Virus record (IMG/VR): IMGVR_UViG_3300047409_000364
Coordinates: 1,588 to 65,587 of that record
Reading direction: 5' to 3' (one strand)
Source of the DNA: a virus
Taxonomy: Duplodnaviria; Caudoviricetes
DNA length: 64,000 bases
Part shown: positions 57,830-64,000 of the stretch, piece by piece
How the letters are laid out: each line of letters starts with the position of its first letter
Numbering within the stretch: position 1 is the first letter of the stretch
Notes under the pieces: generated by a model
Seen by the model: only the letters and a program-made list of their open reading frames with translations
Database searches by the model: none
What the model was told of the DNA's origin: nothing
Made by a program: the position numbers and the translations under genes

Positions 57830-58600
57830 ATGGCACGCAAGTCCAAGGCCCAGATCGAGGCCGAAACGCTCGCCCGGCAGGAGGAGCTTAACCAGGCGTC
57901 CGAGAAGCGGGCGATGGATATGTTCTCCGGCTTCATGGCGAAGTTCATGGAGCAGATCGGCCAGGCGCGTGTTGCAACCGGCGGCGAGGCGCCTGCCTCC
58001 GCCGCCGAGGGCGACCGCAAGCTGGCGGATCAACTCGCGCACGCCATGATGACGGCGTCGGCTACGCCATCGAAGCGGGCCGCGCTGATTGCACCGGAGG
58101 AACGCGCCGCTCGCGATGCCGCCCGCCAGCAAATGATCGACATCATCGTCGCCAACAACGCCAAGGGGCTCGTGCCGATCTACCGCGTCACGCGCAAGAC
58201 GTTCCTGGCCGAGACGATGGTCGACCCGCAGTTCCGCGATCCGCAGAGCAAGCAAATGGTCGACCAGGAGATCAACTATCGTGGCATCCCCAACCAGGCG
58301 ATGACCCCGATCACGCGACCGCCCAACACCGAAAGCGAAGAGGCGCGGTTCGCCGCCGGCAAGCTGGTCTACGATATGTACCTGCGGTCGATCGGCAACC
58401 AGCCGGTGATCAACGCCAACATGCCTTCGCAGTGGGTGACCAGCGGCAAGGAATTGCTGCGCGGCAATCCCGCGCCGGCCCCGTCCCCGCTGGCCCAGAT
58501 TGCGCCCGGTGACGATCCGCGCCGCCTCGGCCCGCAGCAGGGTGCTACCACTGTCCGCCTGCTCGGCAAGACCGCAGAGCCGGCGGTGATCACGCCGTAA
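57830..58600 (+). CDS. Hypothetical late protein
   Basis: Operon position and codon usage. Confidence 0.65.
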   Translation: MARKSKAQIEAETLARQEELNQASEKRAMDMFSGFMAKFMEQIGQARVATGGEAPASAAEGDRKLADQLAHAMMTASATPSKRAALIAPEERAARDAARQQMIDIIVANNAKGLVPIYRVTRKTFLAETMVDPQFRDPQSKQMVDQEINYRGIPNQAMTPITRPPNTESEEARFAAGKLVYDMYLRSIGNQPVINANMPSQWVTSGKELLRGNPAPAPSPLAQIAPGDDPRRLGPQQGATTVRLLGKTAEPAVITP

Positions 58601-58610
58601 GGAGTACCCC

Positions 58611-59477
58611 GTGGGCGTTAATGCAGCTAGCGACGTATCGGCGTCGGGCGTTTCGCCTTATGCGCCCCACGACTGGGCCAACAGCGTCCTCTCCGGCACC
58701 TTCAGCGACGAGCAGGTGTCGGCGCCGCTGGCCATCTATGGCTGGTTCAATGTGTCGATCTGGGCGAGCTATTCGAGCTCGCTGGCAACCACGGCGAATT
58801 CGCTCAGCGCCACCATCGGCACGGCGGGCTCGATCGCCAAGGGCAACAGCATCTACTCGACCAACACGCCGGCTGGCGCGACCATCCAGGGCGTGTCGGG
58901 CACGACGCTGACGCTCTACCTGCCGCCGGTCACCATCCGCGGCCGCGCGGTTGTTGGCAGCACTCACATCACGGGGCTCAACTCGACCGATGGCCTGACC
59001 GGAGCCGCCATCACCGGCCTCGGAGTCCCGGCGTCTACCACGGTGTCGTCGATCGTCACGGCCGCCGTGGCGGCCACCGCCAACTCGCCCGGCGTGAAGG
59101 GCGAGATCATCATCTCCAATCAGATCACGGCGACGACGGCTGACAGTTCCGACACGCCCTTCGTGTTTGTGCGCGACGGTCACGGCATTACCGCCAGCGC
59201 GACTGACAGCGCCGCGGTGTACGTCGGCAACGAACTCACCTTCAGCGGCACTATCCAACTCGAGCGCAGCTTCGATGGCGGCCACACTTGGATCCCTTGC
59301 TTCGCCTGGTGGGGCGGCAGCCAGCTCAAATGGACGACCGAGATGTCGACCGTCCTGATGGAGCCCGAGAAGGGGGTTTTGTATAGATTGAATTGTGTAG
59401 CGTACACCAGTGGGACGATGAATTATCGCATCAGCACCACCGGGCAGGCCGCTACTACCTTGAATGTTCCCCTATAG
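58611..59477 (+). CDS. Beta-rich virion protein
   Basis: FNVSIW...FSGTIQLERSFDGG.TW...EPEKGVLYRLNC.AYTSGT.NYRIS with a Thr-rich insert. Confidence 0.7.
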   Translation: MGVNAASDVSASGVSPYAPHDWANSVLSGTFSDEQVSAPLAIYGWFNVSIWASYSSSLATTANSLSATIGTAGSIAKGNSIYSTNTPAGATIQGVSGTTLTLYLPPVTIRGRAVVGSTHITGLNSTDGLTGAAITGLGVPASTTVSSIVTAAVAATANSPGVKGEIIISNQITATTADSSDTPFVFVRDGHGITASATDSAAVYVGNELTFSGTIQLERSFDGGHTWIPCFAWWGGSQLKWTTEMSTVLMEPEKGVLYRLNCVAYTSGTMNYRISTTGQAATTLNVPL

Positions 59478-59996
59478 CAGGCGAGCGAATTCACCATGAA
59501 GTTCCTTCGCCCTCTTACAATACGCATCGTAGGCCCCCTGCGGGGTCGCGAAGTATCCGAGCGAATAGCTGACGTTCTGGAAGCGGATCTCAGCGCGCCA
59601 GCGCCCTGTCGGTTTGAAATAGAAGACTCCCTTGTATCCGCTCTTGTTGAGCCTTGTGCGCGTTCTGTTGCATCGGTTTTGAGAGACCGTGGCCAGTCGA
59701 AGATTGGCCCAGCGGTTGTCGCCTCGAATCATGTTGATGTGGTCGACTTGGCTCGCGGGCCATGTGCCGGTCATCCAGAACCACGCCAGCCGATGGCAGC
59801 GAACCAACATACGGCCCACTCTAATTTGGGAATATCCGCTTGGAGCCAGCGTGCCCGCCGGTTTGCCGGCATAGCGCAAGTTCCATCCCGCCCAGTTGGA
59901 TGGGCGAGCGAGCCAAGTGAACACGCCAGTTTCGGGATTGTAGTGAAGCATCTTCTTGATGCTGTCGTGATCAAGGGACAGACTTTTCTTAGCCAT
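59472..59996 (-). CDS. HNH homing endonuclease with AP2-like C-terminus
   Basis: YNPETGVFTW, HRLAWFWMTGTWP, VDHINMIRGDNRWANLR, SGYKGV, LHGEFAR. Confidence 0.9.
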   Translation of the reverse strand: MAKKSLSLDHDSIKKMLHYNPETGVFTWLARPSNWAGWNLRYAGKPAGTLAPSGYSQIRVGRMLVRCHRLAWFWMTGTWPASQVDHINMIRGDNRWANLRLATVSQNRCNRTRTRLNKSGYKGVFYFKPTGRWRAEIRFQNVSYSLGYFATPQGAYDAYCKRAKELHGEFARLL

Positions 59997-60077
59997 TCGG
60001 AGATCGCCTTCTTCGATAGGTTAGAGGCGGTCGCCGCGTTGATAGCGCCGCGATCGCCTCGCGCATCTTACTTCATT

Positions 60078-60116
60078 ACTGGCCACGCGGCCACGACCCT
60101 CAACGTGCCCCTATAG
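60078..60116 (+). repeat. Displaced copy of the 3' end of gene 58611-59477
   Basis: Encodes TGHAATTLNVPL* versus TGQAATTLNVPL* at 59439-59477. Confidence 0.85.
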
Positions 60117-60126
60117 GAGCGCATCA

Positions 60127-61134
60127 ATGACCACTCCCTTCGTTCCCGGCGCTGTTATGGTCGATCCGCTCGACGGCACCGAGGAGCTTTCAATCTTCAC
60201 CGTGGGGCCGACGTCGGCCAAGACCACGACCCAGGCCATTGCCGACCTCGCCGTAGGAAGCGAGAACGTGCAGACCGGCATTACCGCCCATTCGACCGGC
60301 GGCCAGACCAGCGCATGGCAACTGACCAATGGCATCAACAACGTCACCACCGTGGCGGCGGCCAATGACAGCGTTAAGCTGCCCAGCGCCACCGTCGGCA
60401 ATGTGGTGACGGTGATGAACAACGGCGCCAATGCCATGCAGGTGTTCGGCACTTCACCCGACACCATCAACAGTATCGCCACGGCGACCGGCGTCTCGCA
60501 GCTTTCCAAGACGGTCGAAACCTACACCTGCGTGGTGGCGGGCAACTGGATCCGCGACCAGGTCGTGCAGGCGTTCTCGACGATCACCGCGACGAACCCG
60601 CCGACCCAACGCAACTACTACGGCGCGGTCACGCTCAATTTCCAAGGCACCGTCACGATCGCCAGTGGCAACGGCTCGGTGGCGGGCGGCCGCGGCGAGG
60701 TTATTGGCGCCACCGGAACCACGCTGAGCGACGGCTTCTACTATGGTCTGCAGGGCAAGTTCACGCTCGGTGGCGCGACCATCTCCGAGGTCTCGGCCTC
60801 GCGCTATGTCGGCGTCATCGCCCAGTTGGATCTCTCCTCGGGCACCATGACCTCCGGCCAGGTGTCGGCTTTGTGGGCCGACATGGGGGCCACAGCGGCG
60901 GGTGCGTTCGCCGCCGAGACCAACATCGTGCGCGCGACCAACACGACCGCCTCGACCGTCAACGCCATCCTCTACGGCTACGGCAAGGCGACCTACGTCA
61001 TGGATCTGTCGGCCAATGGCGGCACTAACCTCTCGACCACGGGCACGGCGGGTGCCACGGCAACCAAGGGCTGGCTGAAATGCTTTGTCGCCGGCGTCGT
61101 CCGCTACATCCCGCTCACCGACTCGGTGTCCTGA
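60127..61134 (+). CDS. Fibre-like virion protein
   Basis: TAHSTGGQTSAWQL...NVTTVAAANDSVKLP; ends GWLKCFVAGVVRYIPL. Confidence 0.65.
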   Translation: MTTPFVPGAVMVDPLDGTEELSIFTVGPTSAKTTTQAIADLAVGSENVQTGITAHSTGGQTSAWQLTNGINNVTTVAAANDSVKLPSATVGNVVTVMNNGANAMQVFGTSPDTINSIATATGVSQLSKTVETYTCVVAGNWIRDQVVQAFSTITATNPPTQRNYYGAVTLNFQGTVTIASGNGSVAGGRGEVIGATGTTLSDGFYYGLQGKFTLGGATISEVSASRYVGVIAQLDLSSGTMTSGQVSALWADMGATAAGAFAAETNIVRATNTTASTVNAILYGYGKATYVMDLSANGGTNLSTTGTAGATATKGWLKCFVAGVVRYIPLTDSVS

Positions 61135-61328
61135 TGGATCGCGAAGCTCTCGAAAAGCGCATCGCCGACCTCGAGAAGGGGTCGCAGAGCCTCGCCGAGA
61201 TGATCGAAAAGCTGGGCCGCGACCTCACCGCCACGCGCGGCGCGCTCGATGAAAACCGGCGCTGGCTCGCCACGCTCGAGCCGGTAGAGACCAACGTCTT
61301 TCCTCTCCCGCAAGGAGCAGCATCGTGA
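61134..61328 (+). CDS. Small coiled-coil protein (fibre chaperone-like)
   Basis: Heptad repeats; follows the fibre-like gene. Confidence 0.55.
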   Translation: MDREALEKRIADLEKGSQSLAEMIEKLGRDLTATRGALDENRRWLATLEPVETNVFPLPQGAAS

Positions 61329-61810
61329 AGAAACTCATCGCAATCGTCGCCGGTCTCGGCGTTCTCTTGGGCGGGGTAGTCTTCGCCCAGACCCCGATCC
61401 CCTACGTGACGTCTCTCGGACAGAGCGACATCATGCAGGCGATCAAGAATGCCAATCCCCAAGCCGGCAATACCTATGCGACCCTGACGCAGCTCCGGGC
61501 CTGGTTGCTCGGGGGCGCCAGCGGACACTCCGCTACGCCCAGCCTCGGGGCAACCTGTGGCACGGCACCGGCGATCGTCGGTTCCGACTTCGCCGGCCGG
61601 GTGACGGCTGGGACCGGCACCCCGACCTCGTGTGTGGTCACCTTTGCCTTGGCTTTCACGGCCGCGCCGGCCTGCGCCGTGGCTTCGGAGACCGCACCGG
61701 GCACGACGACGCCGCACTACACGATTTCCACGACCGCCATCACGATCACCCAGGCGGCCAACGATTCGACCATCTACGATTTCATCTGCATCGCCAAGAA
61801 CGGCGGCTAG
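61325..61810 (+). CDS. Signal-peptide beta-rich protein, paralog 1
   Basis: Sec-type leader ending VFA-Q; four Cys; VTFALAFTAAPACAV. Confidence 0.75.
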   Translation: MKKLIAIVAGLGVLLGGVVFAQTPIPYVTSLGQSDIMQAIKNANPQAGNTYATLTQLRAWLLGGASGHSATPSLGATCGTAPAIVGSDFAGRVTAGTGTPTSCVVTFALAFTAAPACAVASETAPGTTTPHYTISTTAITITQAANDSTIYDFICIAKNGG

Positions 61811-61819
61811 GAGCGCACC

Positions 61820-62302
61820 ATGAAGAAACTGATCTACGGCATTGCGGGCATTGTCGCCCTGGCGGCCGGCCTGGCGTTTGCCCAAACCCAGATCCCCTAT
61901 GTGGCGTCGCTGGGCCAGGCCGACATCCAGCAAGTCATCAAGAATGCCAACCCGCAAGCGGGCAACACCTACGCCACGATCACCCAGCTTCGGGCGTGGA
62001 TCCTGGGTGGCGCTTCGGGCCACTCGGCCGTGCCGACCATCGGTTCGTGCGGCGGCGGTACGCCGACCATCGTCGGTTCCGACTTCGGCTTCCGGGTTAC
62101 CCAGGGCACCAGCGCCACGGGCTGCGTCGTGACGTTCGCGGCGGCCTTCGCCACCATCCCAACCTGCGTGGCAGTCAACGAGACAGCGCCCGGCACCTCA
62201 ACGCCGGCCTACTCGGTGACGACTACTGCAATCACCCTGGTGACGGCGAGCACGTCCGGCGAGATATGGGACGTGGTCTGCGTCGCCCGTAACGGCGGCT
62301 AG
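61820..62302 (+). CDS. Signal-peptide beta-rich protein, paralog 2
   Basis: Leader ending AFA-Q; shares KNANPQAGNTYAT.TQLRAW.LGGASGHSA with paralog 1. Confidence 0.75.
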   Translation: MKKLIYGIAGIVALAAGLAFAQTQIPYVASLGQADIQQVIKNANPQAGNTYATITQLRAWILGGASGHSAVPTIGSCGGGTPTIVGSDFGFRVTQGTSATGCVVTFAAAFATIPTCVAVNETAPGTSTPAYSVTTTAITLVTASTSGEIWDVVCVARNGG

Positions 62303-62478
62303 TGCCCAACCTTAGCGAGGCGCAGCGGGGCGCGATGGCCGCCGCTGCGGCTGGCGAGTCGACGCTCGGCATCCCGAAGAAGGTGGGTGCCGAGTTCATG
62401 GCGAGCGACAAGGGCGGGAAGCTGCCCGAGAAGGTGAAGAAGAAAAACCCGCTGCACGATCACGACAGGTCACCATGA
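62302..62478 (+). CDS. Small basic protein (58 aa, missed by the ORF track) with LHDHDRSP tail
   Basis: MPNLSEAQRGAMAAAAAGESTLGIPKKVGAEF...; coupled at both ends. Confidence 0.75.
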   Translation: MPNLSEAQRGAMAAAAAGESTLGIPKKVGAEFMASDKGGKLPEKVKKKNPLHDHDRSP

Positions 62479-62711
62479 AGCTCCCCGCCATGACTGAGGT
62501 CAAAAGTTCCAACATCAAGGCCCTTGGGTACGATAACCGGGGGCTTTTTGTGCAATTCATCGGCGGCGGCGCCTACCATTACCCGGATGCGCCGCGCAGC
62601 GTGTTCAACGATCTGATGGGCGCGGAGTCGGTCGGCAAATTCTTCAGGGCCGAGGTTGGTCCGAAGTTCAAGCACCGGAAACTCGACGATGCCCAGCCTC
62701 ACGCTAGCTGA
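62475..62711 (+). CDS. KTSC domain protein
   Basis: VKSSNIKALGYD..LFVQF..G.AYHY.D.P..VF..LM.AESVGKFF. Confidence 0.85.
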   Translation: MKLPAMTEVKSSNIKALGYDNRGLFVQFIGGGAYHYPDAPRSVFNDLMGAESVGKFFRAEVGPKFKHRKLDDAQPHAS

Positions 62712-62736
62712 CCTGAGCTCGAGGAGCACGAAGCCC

Positions 62737-63000
62737 ATGGCGCGCAAGATCAAGAAGCACCTCTCCGCCAGCCAGCGCCGCGCGCTGCCGTCGAAGGACT
62801 TCGCGCTGCCCGGCAAGGGGAAGGGCCCAGAAGGCAAAGGCTCCGGCGCGTATCCGATCAACGACGAGGGCCACGCCAAGGCAGCGCTGTCGCGCGCCGC
62901 AGCGAATGCCTCTCCCGCCGAGCAGGCGACGATCAAGGCGAAGGTCCACGCCAAGTATCCCGGCATGAAGCTGCACGATCATCCAAGGTCACCCAAGTAA
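62737..63000 (+). CDS. Basic DUF6582-like protein with LHDHPRSPK tail
   Basis: RRALPSKDFALP...YPINDEGHAKAALSR; GAGGAG RBS. Confidence 0.75.
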   Translation: MARKIKKHLSASQRRALPSKDFALPGKGKGPEGKGSGAYPINDEGHAKAALSRAAANASPAEQATIKAKVHAKYPGMKLHDHPRSPK

Positions 63001-63245
63001 TGGCCGACAAGCTCAAAGAAGCGGTCGACGCACAGGAGGCGGATCCGCCAGCCAAGTACAATCCACTGCGGGAGTGGCCTGGATTGAGGAAGGGCAATCG
63101 CGGCAGATTCGCAGACGAGTTTAAGAGCGACCTTGCCACCGCGAAGGCGGCCGATGAGGCCGACGAAGAGGACAAAAAGGACGCGGCGGCCCGACGGGCA
63201 AAGCGCCGGGCCGCCCTCTACGATAACGATCGGAGCCCCAAGTAA
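63000..63245 (+). CDS. Small charged protein with LYDNDRSPK tail
   Basis: TAATG-coupled. Confidence 0.75.
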   Translation: MADKLKEAVDAQEADPPAKYNPLREWPGLRKGNRGRFADEFKSDLATAKAADEADEEDKKDAAARRAKRRAALYDNDRSPK

Positions 63246-63246
63246 C

Positions 63247-63633
63247 GTGGCCGCCAAGGACGACGACAATGACGGCGACGACGACACCTTCGACACGGCG
63301 CTGGGGGTGCGCGCCTCTCAGATCGAGGCCCAGCATGCCCGCGAGCAGCAGGAATTGATGGCGGCCCAGGCCAAGCAGCAGGCGGCGCTGGCAGCGAGTC
63401 ATCCCGTGCTGACGGCGGCCCCGCAGGCAGCGCAGCAGGTGGCGCCGTCGAATCAGACAGCGTCGGGCGAAGGCGGCGGGGCGAGCGCGGCGTCGGGCGC
63501 CGGCAACGCTTCTGGCGCGGGGACCGGAGAAGGTTCCAGCCAGGGCCAGGGGCCGGGGAGCGATAGCGGCGACGGCGGTGGCGGCACGGGCGGCGGGGGC
63601 AGCACCGGCGGGGGCACCGGGGGCACCTACTGA
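63247..63633 (+). CDS. Acidic/Gly-rich low-complexity protein
   Basis: GTG start directly after the previous stop. Confidence 0.55.
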   Translation: MAAKDDDNDGDDDTFDTALGVRASQIEAQHAREQQELMAAQAKQQAALAASHPVLTAAPQAAQQVAPSNQTASGEGGGASAASGAGNASGAGTGEGSSQGQGPGSDSGDGGGGTGGGGSTGGGTGGTY

Positions 63634-63884
63634 TGGCAAAGAAGAAACTCTCTCACGCCGAATGGAGCGGGTTGTTCGAGCGCCGGATGGTTCGGCACGA
63701 CCAGGTCCACAAGGAGCACGAGGCCAGCCGGAAGAAGATGTTCGACGAGCACACCAAGGCCCGTCAGGAGATGCACGATCGCCAGCAGGCGACACGCCGG
63801 GCGATGCACGAGGAACATTTGAAGAGCTTGCCGGTCGAGAACAAACCCAATCCGCTGTACGATAACAAGCGCAGCGCGCAATAG
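63633..63884 (+). CDS. His-rich coiled-coil protein with LYDNKRSAQ tail
   Basis: TGATG-coupled; H/E/R/K periodicity. Confidence 0.75.
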   Translation: MAKKKLSHAEWSGLFERRMVRHDQVHKEHEASRKKMFDEHTKARQEMHDRQQATRRAMHEEHLKSLPVENKPNPLYDNKRSAQ

Positions 63885-63894
63885 GAGCTAGGCC

Positions 63895-64000
63895 ATGGCC
63901 GACGGAAATTCACTGTATGACAACAAAAAGTCTGAGAAATCCGGCGAGAAGAAAGCCGCTCCCGAAAAGGAGAAGGTCGTCGATAAGCCCAAGGAGGCCG
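63895..64000 (+). CDS. K/E-rich protein with N-terminal LYDNKKS (3' truncated)
   Basis: AGGAG RBS; MADGNSLYDNKKSEKSGEKK... Confidence 0.7.
   Translation, partial: MADGNSLYDNKKSEKSGEKKAAPEKEKVVDKPKEA

Noticed and set aside
1-64000. Diversity-generating retroelement, considered because the head genes are BPP-1-like
   Set aside because: No reverse transcriptase motif and no TR/VR pair with adenine-specific mismatches; the 48349/56507 and 59439/60078 repeats differ mainly at synonymous sites.

Overview
A GC-rich, circularly permuted and apparently near-complete tailed-phage genome. Its head genes are BPP-1-like and its tail/ejection genes T7-like (podovirus type); the host is probably alphaproteobacterial (inferred). 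Gene order: tail fibre/SGNH protein, three paralogous tail-tube A adaptors, nozzle, ejection proteins, glycosyltransferase and lysis module (1-25 kb, +); leftward recombination arm with Bet/RecT, NinB and DUF968 (25-32 kb); Cro-like, GapR-like, RuvC-like and replication genes (32-37 kb, +); a leftward early operon with a Ycf46-like AAA ATPase, punctuated by a repeated two-hairpin RNA-like element (37-43 kb); TerS, an accessory island (Acb2/Tad1-like protein, Tat-signal/major-capsid-fragment fusion), intein-containing TerL, portal, scaffold, major capsid, cement and small late genes (43-64 kb). Five free-standing homing-endonuclease-like genes are present. No integrase, CI repressor, DNA polymerase, primase, tRNA, CRISPR array or reverse transcriptase was recognised. 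The most notable observation is that five small late proteins carry the scaffold's C-terminal peptide L[YH]D[NH]x[RK]S, suggesting a capsid cargo-loading tag. All family assignments come from motif recognition by eye, not from database searches.
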